64,000 nucleotides of DNA from positions 11,969,129 through 12,033,128 of the forward strand of contig CM082576.2 of the NCBI GenBank assembly GCA_040954595.2. The letters are read 5' to 3'. The position numbers were made by a program, and so were the translations under genes. The notes beneath the pieces are model-generated. The model did no database searches. It saw only the letters and a list, made by a program, of their open reading frames with translations, and was not told where the DNA came from. Shown piece by piece: positions 1 through 12,700 of the stretch. The first letter of the stretch is position 1, and the number at the start of each line of letters is the position of its first letter. The DNA is from Balanoglossus misakiensis. Lineage: Eukaryota; Animalia; Hemichordata.

Positions 1-902
1 TACCGCAAATGCCCGCATGAGTGAATGGACGGGGCAAACCTCGAAAGGGGTAAAAGCGGCGGCACTCGTAGAAAACCTGAAAAGATTGCCAGACAGGAAA
101 AGTAGATAAGTATGGATAATTGTTTGAACCTTTTTTCTTTACGCAAAGAAACTACTGACCCGAACGTCTGATATTTTAATGATACGGAGGGGAACGAACT
201 GTGTATGAATAATCATCATTCCACAGACATTGATGGGCGTGGCCCGCCGAGTTTCACACCTGTGTGTCATTCACATCAAAACTAGACGGGGGCAGAGAGA
301 GAAAGAAGTCGAGAGACCTCCGGATGAAACAAAGATGCGTTGTTTGCGTGTCGCGGATGGAGTAATGGGATGAGTCGCAAAATTGCCCCCCCCCCCCTCT
401 TTTTTCACTTCGCTCCCAGGCAATGCGACACCATCAGAGTCAATCATAATGGCGGGCGAATTAGGGCCCGGGTAAAATATGCACTGCCATTTTAGAGGGT
501 TCGCTTAATGGGACATTTAACTTACATTAAAGTACAATATAGCAGTCTCCTTTGGCCCGGTTCAATACGTTACGGCCATTTGGACGTCATGCGGTGCACA
601 TCAATACCGGGGCTACTCATTTGTGTAACAAAGGCGCGAGACCCATGCAATGGAGTAGGGAGCCCGTCGGATAGACACCGTCAATTACGGAGAACATTTC
701 GCGAGGGAGGAAATGAGTCTATACGAGGCCTTCATGCCAGCTTCCATTTAAAGAAACAAAGGGGTAAAGAAAGAAGTAAATTGTAGTTTACTCAGAGAGA
801 GTAGGGGACGTGATGGGAACCGTCATTCGCAATCACTTGAAGGCTGAAGAAACACAAGTTAATGGATATTGTTATGCAGGAGATGATCCAAGATTTTGTC
901 TC

Positions 903-2310
903 GTTTGTTTGTTTGTTTTATTGACAGGTTGTATCGTATGAAAAATCACATCATTGATAGAAGATTCTACTTGGAGCATCTGTTAAGACCTGGGCTTATG
1001 TATACTAGTTATATCTATATAAAAAACAGAGTGGCTAATACCACAGTATATTAATGACACAATCAAAAATGTAATAAGAGAATCCACTGAATTTCAAATA
1101 CAAACGTACAAGCCATGAACACGACACAGAAGATAGAAATGTTCGCATAGGTCAGTCCAGTAAAATGTGCTCTCGCAAAGTTTTAGTAAACAGTTGTTTT
1201 GGTGACGGTCAAACATTCGATATCCACTGGTAAACAATTCGAAAGTTTAGCACCAACAAACGAAAATGCAAGGAAACATGTCCAGCATGCGGTAGAGTGC
1301 ATTTTCTGGAAGGAATAAATTTTGACCGGGTTTGAAAACCCATGGAATGATTTCGAGCGAGTTCCACCGGCTGAACATGGTCAGTCAAGTGATAGAGGAG
1401 ACCACCCTGCATAGAAGTCAAAAATAAAATCACCAAAACACTTACAACGAGTAGAGTTAGTACATATTTAACAAACCGTACATTCTAAATAGTCGAGCAG
1501 ATGGTTCTCTGAAACTTGAGAATGTGACACACCGTAAACACATTTTCTGACTGATTAGAGTAGATTGCAAATGATATAGGCATTTCCACCAGACTTCCAA
1601 ACCATTATGTACAAGTACAATATGGGGGTTGGATAAAAGCCTCATAAAGCGTGGCTTATTTGTGGTACAGTATTAAAATTTATCGCCGATTTCTTTTGTA
1701 CGCAGTTATTTGCCATATGAATATGATTTTCCCATGTCAGGTGTGTATCAGTGTTTACTCAAACAAAAGACATTGTTTTTCGACTTCAATCCAAGCATGC
1801 CTCTAAACAAAGAGGCCACTCCATTTGTGGAAATAGATTTACGCGTGGGCGACGGTTTAATTTGACTTTTCTCAATTATTGGTCAGTCTGTTGGAATTAC
1901 ACCAGTCTTCAGCTTTCTCAAAATGGCAATCGACTTATGACAGATCAACATTGAAAAGGTATACGGTCACTTATGCACATTTAGCCACAGTTACCACGAC
2001 AAGTCCAGATCTGTCCAATGAAAGATTTTCAAAGAGCGGACTCGCGAAAAAAGTGCGCAATCGCAAGGCAATTCGAAAAATTATACGTTCCCTTTTAACC
2101 AGTACAAATATGGGTATATGTAAATTAGAGGTGATTGTATTTCTTTAATGCGTCTCCTCTTACACATTAAGCTTCGAAAGTAGAAATCTGCGGTTGATTG
2201 GGTCAAACGCCTCGGTGAAATCCATCAGTCTCTTGTGACTCTTTCGAGTAATTTACTCACAATTGGCAATATTGAAATTGGTCGATAATTACTCGACAAA
2301 ACTTTGTTTG
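903..2310 (-). mobile_element. Degenerate non-LTR retrotransposon (L2/CR1/Crack-like LINE): RT remnant plus 3' tail
   Basis: The minus strand gives SNYRPISILPIVSKLLERV (~2240-2297) and MDFTEAFDPINRRFLLSKL (~2165-2225, RT motif D..KAFD...LL.KL). It also gives a LINE C-terminal-type segment QKMCLRCVTFSSFREPSARLFRMYGLLN (~1465-1550). It ends in AATAAA plus an (AAAC)n tail at 903-922. Many stops, frameshifts and an internal deletion. Confidence 0.75.
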
Positions 2311-2413
2311 GAGAGTAGAGGTTGCTCTCTTTCAGGGAAAACGGATAACGGGCCAACACGAAGACAGACAGACGGGCAGGCAGGCAGGCGCCTAGACAGA
2401 CAGACATTCTGTC

Positions 2414-2583
<170 letters not shown>

Positions 2584-5117
2584 GTGGCTACAGTCTGCTT
2601 GTCTGTTTTAATTAACAGTTCTGTGTTACTCTCCAGGGATCGCAGAATCGCATTGCCCTATCTCTTCAGAGTAAGAATGACGTAGATTGTGACTCCTATG
2701 ACGTAGTTTCAATGCTCATGTTGATATTTCTAGATCATTTGACGTACAGCTGTTGAAGGCCGAATCTTAAAATCTGAGACGTTTCGTTCTCGGATCCAGC
2801 TGTCGTTGAATGATAAAGGTTTGCGGTGGTTCTAATGGCAAGGTTTGCAGCGATTTATTCGTACTCTGATGACAAGTTTTCGAGACGCGTTTCTGGGTAG
2901 TTCAATTGACATCGACATCCCGTTGTCTCTATTTTCAAGTCGTTCAACAGAAAGCCCAATGCATTCTTTATGAATAGTGCAAGTGCATTGTACTTATTTG
3001 CAGAGTATGCCAATAGAGCTGGGTAAGAGTTCATATAAGTTTGCCAGTACAATTTTTGCGGCACGAATGTACACAGTATTATCATGTCATTGAAGGCAAT
3101 AATTTCCACATAGTAATTACTAGTATCTTACGGATTTACAGGAAGAAAATTGCATTAGTTCATTGACTGGTCAATCTGTTACACATAAGCTATGACGTTC
3201 TCCTCGTTCAGTGTCACGTTGCACTGTGGTCGTCACAACATCAAATGTTCTAATATTTACATGATAGATATCTTACTATGGTATTATGCTAGGGGTTGCC
3301 AAATTTTTTTTCTGAATTAAATTGAATACGAAAACTAGACTTACCAGTGCTATTCTTCCGGTCCGATTGACAGTTGCCATATCGGCGATAACGCACAGAT
3401 TGTTTTCCCCAAAATAATATTTTCTCTCATATCCACCCTTTCCACATGACTTCATTAATTTGTCCAACACCACCCTCTCGAGACAAGAATACTTTCTTCT
3501 CTTGGTCTAGCCCTCTAAGTACCGATTTTGAAGCAAAATATCATGGAGAGTCCACTTCATCTTTCTCGATGTAATCGTTAACTCATGTATTAAGACTAAA
3601 ATGACAAGATATCAACCTTTCTAAACTGTGGATGGTGGTAAGCGATGCCTTCACTTTGTGGGTGTGAGAAATATGATTTATGGCCGCTGCATCTTACGAA
3701 ATCAAGGACTCCGTTAGATCATCTCTGTATGACGTGTACGACTCCACGCACATAAAACACGCATTGGGTTTCACAAGGGATTTTATTACACCATTGTGAT
3801 TTAATTTCAGATGAATTTCTATAAATAACGGCGGTGCCTCGTACGAAATATTCTGGGGTATCTTCATCAAATGAATAGAAGTTCTTGACTGGTTGGGTTT
3901 TAGGTGTATTGTTTTTTTTGTTGGGCACGTAAGGTAAGCAGATCAAACACTGATCTCTGTGCAGATTGACTCGCAGGTAGCGCGGTGTGTCATCATTTGA
4001 AGTTCGAATAATGACGTCATCATGCAACTTATCACTTGTAACAGCTTGTTATAAATGCGAAATACAAGCATGATGAGGCCACGACCAAGGATGGAATTAC
4101 CAGGCCAGGCTATGTGATTGTGAAGCAGCTCAGTAGAGATGCATGTGATCATCTCGAGGCTGCTGCGTTGGCGAATTCATCCCTTCTCTCTAAATCGCAC
4201 GGGGTACTTTTCTTCCTTCGGGGCAATGAACCTTTTGTCCCACGGTTCACAAAACATTTGATGACATTGGGTGTTTCTGGACGGTACTTATTGGCATCAG
4301 ATGGAAATATCAACGTAGAGAGCAGTAAAACCAATCAAATTGTCACCCCACGGACGAAAAAGCCAATCGTGTATCGAAGTTTTTCTCTAAACGGTTACTG
4401 TGGCAACAAAACCAACAGCAAGGATAGAGTAAAGGAAAATCCTGCTGTGTATTTAAACCTAGAACGGTGACACCGAAATTCACGTGCATATGGCATGTAA
4501 AAACTATTGAAAGCACGCATAAATGTAACACAGTTGGTATCCTGCCATCTGCTCTTGGCACATTGGCAGACTCAATACAGCATGCACTCTGACTGAGCTT
4601 TCAGGTGATAGGAGCGTCTCTCTTGATTACCTATCCGCACGCACACACGCGCGAGCTAAATACACCGACCAGGTTTATAATAATGATCTTGGAGTTAATT
4701 GGTGTAAAGAGACGCCAACACATGTCGCACTTGCTGTGCGTTGAATTTCCCCAAAAAGAATCAGCCAGGCAGAATCAAAGATTTCCCGCCCAAGTTGTCA
4801 TTCAACTAAAAAGGACAAAAACCCCGAACAAACACCAGGGGAAGTACAGCTGACAGACAAATGATTCCACAAGTACACTACACATTTTTCATTATAGTGC
4901 CCTGCTCAATTAAAAGGCCGCCTATGGCCTGTGTGATTGATTCCTACACATTGACACATTTGATTACAAGACCCCTCGGGGCAGGGGGGATATACACCCA
5001 CATCCTATACAGAATTATGGAAGGCCAAGAGGCACCAAGGTTGGTCAAATTCATCAAAAATTTATTCACTTCATATAAACGTTAGACTGAAACATTGGGA
5101 AAACTGAATTCAGTACA

Positions 5118-5151
5118 TTTATTTATTTATTTTCATATTTATTTATTTATT
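5118..5151 (-). other. Candidate polyadenylation signal cluster for the RTK
   Basis: (TAAA)n containing several AATAAA on the minus strand, ~1 kb after the RTK stop. It may simply be a microsatellite. Confidence 0.4.
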
Positions 5152-6120
5152 GACACAAAGGTTTGAATTAAGGCTCTCTCGTCAGAACTTCTTTCGATTG
5201 GTAATGCTGGTGGCTATTTTGCAAAGGCCCAGCCTTTGCAGTAGATAAGACAAAATATGTATACCCATTTTGAGGTAGACAATGCAATTTCCTTGTGTAG
5301 TGGTGTAGGAAGTTGGGATAAATGTTAGTAATGATGTGAGAGAATTCAAATCTAATTTTAAAACTAAGTGAATAATTGAGCCATCTTGAGAGCCAACCAT
5401 GGTAGACAACCAGGTCACCAATTTCAGCAAGCGTCTCATCATTACTGAAAGTCAACTCTAAACAAAGAAATACAGCAGAATAAGACACAAGTTGCATTTC
5501 ACAAATTCACAAGCACTTTAGCATAATCTTGCTAAACGAGATTATAATAAATAAGATGTCTAAAGGGAAAAATTCAGAAACGAAAATCAACAACACTATC
5601 TGTTTGCTGGATACTTGTACATCTTTGCACAATGCAACTGTACAAAATGACAGTGGTATATAAAAAAAGATTCTGAATTAATTTATAAATAAACACTGCC
5701 ATATGAAATTCACTGGCAATGGGAATTCTTTCAACCAGTCAAGTATAGAAAAAGAAAAGTAACCCACTGTTTGTATTCTTGTATCTGAAAAGTTTAGAAA
5801 GGCTTATTACTACATGTACAAATTTCACTGTTTACTTCTTCTAGTCTAAATTTTTAAAACAAGCCTTCCTTTGGTATGACGAACAGTATAGTCTGTTGGC
5901 TGAAAAATTTGAAAATAGTTTAACACTGCTTTCACAGAAAGTTCAGTGACATCTGTCTTAATATATATGTAATGAATATGATACTATAAATTATGAAATA
6001 TGATTATACTGTAAATATATTAGGACCATAACAGTGGCCAACTCTAGAAGATATTATTGTATTGTTAAAAAAAAAGAGCCTCCAAAAAGGAGAAACTTGG
6101 CTCGTCACTATTGTCTGCAT

Positions 6121-6712
6121 TCAGACAACTGTCTCTGCTAATCTGTGAAAGTCTTTCCTAATGTAATATTCCTTGAGTTTCATATGGTCGCCAGATTCAA
6201 TAAATATGCGTTGGTGTTGACTGCGGTCACCTCTGTCCGTTTCACTCTTCCGTTCTGGACGCGAGTCCATTAGGGGGTCACACTCTTGCGGACCGCGATT
6301 ACTGTACTGCGTTGTGTCACTGTCATCCGGATCCGGACTGCTACTCACAGGTTGTTGTTGGAAACTGTCCACGCCGCTGCAGCCACTACCGCTGTCGTTT
6401 CCGCTGCTGCTGCTGCTGTTGCTGCTGCGGCTACTCCCACTGCTGCTGCAGCTGCTGACGTTGAACCGCCAGGCGTTCGGGTTCAACGCCACGCTGTCCG
6501 CGCAGACGCTGTCCGTCTCCGACGGTGCGTCCTGCGAGGCAGTACCTGACGAGGTGTCGGCCGAGAACTTGTAATAGTCCTTGCTCTTGTCCAGGTTGAA
6601 GTCCAGATAAGGCGTGTCCTGTTCCAGGAGGCCCTCCAGAAAATGCCTGAGCTCCGTGAACGTCGGCCTCTCCCTCGGTTTCTCTCGCCAACACCAAAGC
6701 ATGATGTCGTAA
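6121..6712 (-). CDS. RTK terminal exon: kinase end and Ser-rich C-tail
   Basis: [26 protein letters not shown]...PYLDF, then an AGC-repeat poly-Ser tract. Stop TGA at 6121-6123. Confidence 0.92.
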
Positions 6713-9700
6713 CTGTCATGAACAAACATATATGAACAAATCACAAGATCATCATCATACGCACTGCAAGATATTTATCAAGGATATTTACTCAACAAGT
6801 GTATAATAAAATAATGCACATGTATAGGCAACAAAAAGTATAAGCACAACTCGAGTCACAAAAGTGAACAGGCATACACACAACATTGAGCCATTTTCTA
6901 TGACAGGCAGTCTCGATCAAAACAGTTTTGTCTACATTTCATTTTTGAAGTATACAAATTCTCTGTGACTCACGCTTACTAAACAAGCGCACAAGCAAAA
7001 CAGCACTCGACAACTGATGTCTGTGACATCCCTGCAGAGATATTTTAATGGAGTGGAAGGGGTGGACATTTGGATGGGGGTCACAGTGAAGGTTAATGCC
7101 GGGAGGTTTGTCAGTTGTTTTTCTAGTTACGGTGCCATGTTTGCACAAGAGGATCATTTAGTACGGGAACGATAATGTGAGAGATGTCAAACACTGTGGC
7201 AATCCTAGCTAGATCCCAGCTAACGCCTCATCTGGATAATATGACAATGTTATTTTATTGTACACCACTGAGAAGAATCACAGGGGCCAGTGTGTGGTGT
7301 CCATGAATTATCAACTCTGTCTTAAGTTGTTATATCTGTTGGTAAATATCTGATTAATGGACAAATATACTGCGATATGGTTCAGGAACATTAAGAGTTA
7401 GAAGGCCTACCCGTGGGTGTGGTGTGGTTTGGGGAGGACTGTATATTAAACTCTGTAATATGATGTATGTACAGTGGGCCCGCCAAACATATGCACTGAC
7501 CAAATGAAATCTTGCAGAGCACACTGCAAAAATGCCCTCCTTCATCAACATCTCTGAATAGCCTGACATTCTGCATAATTTACAACAAACTGAAGTTTTG
7601 ATGACTTTTAAGTGTTGCCAGTAGCGCTGCCATGATAACAGGGAGGAACTACTCAAGATGCTGGTGTGATATGACAGCGCCCTCTGTTGGTCAAACATTG
7701 ACTAATGAAAGGTATTCAGCAACTTCTGATTTTCATAAATCAATCTACAGATAGAAAGGGTTCTAATGATCATGTGGTGGTGTACTTTATTTCACGTGGC
7801 ATCAAGTGAAAATCTGTGACTGGCTAGATTGCCAGTACCCATAAAATACATGGCCAGATTTACACCTGTAACTGTATACCTTTAAAGGGACATAGGCTGA
7901 GTCACCCAGTTTGATATTATTTTTGGCCTGTTTTATTTCATGATACAAGTCAGTGATATTGTACTACTTACTGCAAAATCATCATAATACAAACTATCCA
8001 TACTCAGTGGACGTAACAGCTCACCTGATACAATTTCTGGTACATACCAAATATTATCCCCACAGTTCTTACATATTATGCCTACTCCCGCAGTGTGAGG
8101 GGAGAACTAACAAGTGACAGATCAGCATGTTTTGGTAAGTAGAACAACCATAACACATGCACACAAACTCACACACACACACATGTGCACACGCACTCAC
8201 ACGCACTTACACCTAACTCTCAGCAAGCCCTATCAGACCACGCAGCGACACCAGTAGCTGGAACCGAAAAACGCAGCGCAAAGCGATCGAGAGACTGCGC
8301 GAGTTGATCTTTCCCAAACACGACACCGACAGGTTATCAGATAATGGCAAAATGGTGAAAATACATCACTCACTCCGTTGCTATCTCTTAACAGGCCGTG
8401 GAATTTGAAACTTACAGGTTATGGGAACAGTTATCCGGTTTCTCCATTCGGTATCCCCTCTTCAACAACTGCACCACACAGTGATTCGATATGCCGGGAT
8501 ATGGGCTGCCTCCCAGTGTCACCAACTCAAACAACACCACGCCAAATGACCAACTGAAATAATAGAATGTAAACATTTTTCTAGTCCTGGCTGATTTTTG
8601 ATCCGACGTGTCGATTTGTTGATTGACAGAAACCTTCTTCTTCCCAGTCTGTTTAGGGTCCTGCCACATGAGCATTTTTTTTCTGAAGTGTAGAAACTTT
8701 GCTCCTTTGCTATAGTGCTAAAGCTATGTTAGGAAAAACACATTTATGCAAGGACCTGGTTTTAATTTTCAACAGTCGCAATGCATTTCACCGACTATTA
8801 GCTGTGTTTTCCGGTTCAAGAATTTGGTCATTTAACATTAAGTAACAGCAAGTAAAGATAAACAAAAGTTAGTCACCAAGCTGAAAGGCTTATACAGATG
8901 CTATACACTGTACTGTAGGCATGTTGCATCTGGGCTGTTCTTTTGAATGCTTGCAATGTACAGAGCAGACTCGCTTCTCTGCAAATAACGCCATCACCGG
9001 TTGAATTTCTTGAACAGAAATTTATCCATGAATGTGGATTTATATGAGTTCTTTTTTTTTTAAATTTTCTTCTCATTCACAAAAACTAATGATATCCTCT
9101 TTGAATTTAAGAATAGCAATACAAATGAGTGCAAATTAAGTGAAATTGGTTGAAACTGACTACACAAACACTCACGGATTTTGATAAGTATACAGCTAAA
9201 TCGGACTTACACATCACTGTTTGTGGTGAAGAGCTGATCAAATATGGCTTCCACAGACATCCATTTGATGGGAAGCTTACCACCTTTCTTGTTGTGATAT
9301 ATCTTGTCGTCGTAAATGTACCTTGTAAGTCCAAAGTCCCCGATTTTCACCGTTTTGTGATCTGCCACCAGTACGTTCCTAGCTGCAAGGTCCCGGTGCA
9401 CAAATCCCTTCTGTGAGAGGAATTCCTACGGATGGATGAGATGCAAGAGTTTTGTCCATATTGAGTCAGGTAAAACAAAATAGCAAGTACTGCATAAAAT
9501 ATCTTGACTATGGTGTGGGAGGCGTTGATGATATCTTTATTACAAATGTGATATCCTATGCTGGAGATATGATGAGGGTTGCAGAGTAATTTAAAAACTC
9601 TTACTGTATGTGCAGTTTGCAAATCATATATAATATTGTCGAAAGATTAATGCAAGGGGAGAACAATTAAAATAGATTTTACAACAAGATGCAGCAACAA

Positions 9701-12700
9701 AAGTTTTACTTTTGGCTTTGATGTTTCACCTGATGCTGAAGCATATTTTATGGTGTCGTACATTTATACGCAAATATTACGGCAGGGCACTTGGATATAA
9801 ATTTCACATCACCAAGTGTTCTTCTCTACACCAACTTCCAAAACCGCCACGTCAAATATGGTTGAGCTGTATCAGCTGTTAGATTGTTCTTTTGCCGCTG
9901 GGCATTTAACCGGGCTAAGCTAAGCTCATCTCAGCTGTGCGTTCAGATTAATTTGCAGGTGTTATTCCACATCATCAAAGCTGTTTTCGTTTTTCTTTGG
10001 ACAGGACGCAAATCCTACTTCTCCAGTTTCAGAACTTAGAGATGAGTAAACGGGGGAACTGATGATGCTACTACATGTACATCCCTGCCAGCAAAGCTTC
10101 ATCACTTAGAGACGAGTAAACAAGACTGATATCCCTACCGGCCAAGATTTTTGTTCATCGGGATTGCGAATAACAGACTGGAGGACAAAAAATCACCAGG
10201 CAGGCAACTCAATCATACTTCTCTAGCTTAGAGCAAGCAAATACCAGTGCCGTAATGAGTAAGATTATGTTTTGTTAAAATCGCCGCATGTGTTTGATAT
10301 TTTGGCAAAAAAACAAGACGCATGCCTTGGTTGTTGTTTTTTCTCTCCATCATTTGTGGGTGACTGCAGCCGGGACCCGACGACAGATTCATCACGGTCA
10401 CCTGCCCCGATGGATCGGAAATGCTGTCACCTGATTCAACTGTATCGAAGGCCACTGCGTAAATGAACACACGGAGGAACCTGATCTGCAGAAAACACAC
10501 ACCACCACCGACGACGCTCCATGTGTGGAAGGACCACCACAAAATAACAAATACACGACAGGAGAGGGAAAAGTTATGATTTAACTCCGGTGCCGACAAA
10601 AGCATGGAGAAGTTCACTCAGTGACATTTGACAAGCAATCGGCTCAGGCTCAAAAACATAAGGTTACTGAACGTGTGATCAACAGGCGTAAATATTATGA
10701 TGCACTGTGTGATGGAGCAGGACTATTTAAATACATATAAATACAAATGCCCTTTTTACACCACCTAGAGACCCACTTTTTCTCATAACGGCACTATTTT
10801 CCACATCTGTTATAATAACTTTCTCCCATTTCTTGCATCTAAATGTAATCAGCATCTGTTGCATAGATCTATTCACAGCAAATTGTAACTATATGGATGA
10901 AGAGGTCTCTTTCTGCTTGCAAACATCTAGAGACTGGTTATACCAACAAAATTTATGTTGAAAAATTCCTGTACCCTTTACAGCTCTATTAGAAATAGTT
11001 GTTTGTTTTCATTGTGTAGTTGACAGACTTTTTCAAATAATCTTTCACTGGCAGTTGAATACCAATAAAAGCATTTGGTTCAAACTAACTCTATATAGCT
11101 CTAAGGGCTTAAGATTATCTGCTGCCTTGGGTATGAGAAGCAAGGACTAATTGAAGACCAACAATAATAATGACATGCTCCTCTCAGTTTAAATTCAGAG
11201 GAATGAGATAAGCATGTTATGACTGGCTTTAACCCTTTCACTCCCGTTTCTCACTTTAGAGGTCTAACTGCACCATAGAAAACAATGGGTTTGGACTGGA
11301 CCATGGTGGTGAAAGGGTGAAATGAGCTCCTGAAAGATGGTGAAAATTAACAAACCCAACAGGTCTTTCTTTGAATAACTGTACAATTGCATGTTTTTCA
11401 CATGTTACATTGGGCCTTTGGTTGGGAATGAAACTGTTTTCACTGTTACACTCACTCACTCACTCAGCTCAGGTGAACGCAAGTTAAACTGACTTACCAT
11501 ACCAATTGCAATCTGCCTTGCGAATGATAACAGATCAGATGGCGTCAAACTCTCAATGTCATTGCCTGCTGCCACATTATCTGAATCAATCTGAAATTGA
11601 CAAGATATATCTCTGTCACACCTATTGAAGGGCGGGCTGGCAAGCCCAGTGCAGATGTTGCCCTCAACGCCCATGAAAAGACAACTTTTGTTTTTGTCTC
11701 AGCTTGACCAGTGATATGATTCACCCAAAATCAGAAATTGAAAGATTGAATGTAAAGAAGATGTAAACTCTGTGATGATAAAATTGTTGGAAATGAAATG
11801 ATCAAGTTTTCTGCAGTCTGGAAAGGGGACGTGAGAAAGTCATTTGCAGTGCAGTACAGTACGCTATCACAAGATTGCATACAAATCAGTGATATATGCA
11901 CTTTCTATACTTGAATAATAAGTGGACGGAGACAATACCTCTGATCTTCTTTTCCTGAGGTAATTAAGTAAATCGCCCTGTTCACAGTGTTCAACAATCA
12001 AACACAGTGGTTCCTGCATGGTACAACATGCTATGATGCTGACAACATTGGAATGGTGGCCAATGTCTTTCATCAGATCGATCTCCCGAAGAAATTCCTG
12101 CTTCTGGGAGTCTTCAGCGTGCTCTGAAAATATACACAAGAAGAAAAAACACCCTCAGGAATGAATTTTGGCCGTTTTTCCCCATTAAACTTTAGTAAAA
12201 CCACTTTCTTTTTTGAGTGCAGTGTGAAGTACACCCACAGGGATGAGTTTTCAAGCCTTCCTCGTTTTAGACTGTGGTATGTAAACATTTGCTTTCTGGC
12301 ATACGGCATGAAGTAATTTCACGTAAATTTTTTTAAAGAGTTGATGAAACAAGCAGGGCTTATTGTTGCGATGGATGTCATCAATCAGTGCGCAAAATCT
12401 ATTCCTTGTCAACAGTGTAGTTTTTCTACCGTATTCAATGCCAATTTTAATGACAAATGTGCAAAAGGTTTTCATCACTGAGATGATACTTCTTGAACTC
12501 ACCATGCAACATCTTGACAGCCACTGCAACATCTTGGCTCCTCACAGACTCTTTGACCAAAGAGGACTGCGAGTTCTGATGGGTCAATATCCGCCCTTCA
12601 ATTCTTCCTTTTATCACTTGACCAAAGGCACCTTGACCCAAGATTTCACCAAATGTAATTCGAGAATGGGAAACTTCCCATCTGTCATGAGGATCTGGCT

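Noticed and set aside
3719-5497. Several 60-120 aa ORFs downstream of the RTK
   Set aside because: No motifs or coherent exon chain; chance ORFs in intergenic or UTR DNA.
6286-6725. Poly-Ala/poly-Leu and alternative-frame ORFs
   Set aside because: These are shadow frames of the GC-rich poly-Ser RTK terminal exon.
7882-8391. Possible Kolobok-like element starting TTAAAGGGAC
   Set aside because: No convincing matching right terminus.
10340-10490. Exon-like stretch on the minus strand (ttttctgcag|ATCAGG...CAG|gtgacc) inside the RTK kinase region
   Set aside because: It lies between IAIGM and EFLSQK, which join cleanly and tolerate no insertion. No kinase-like content.
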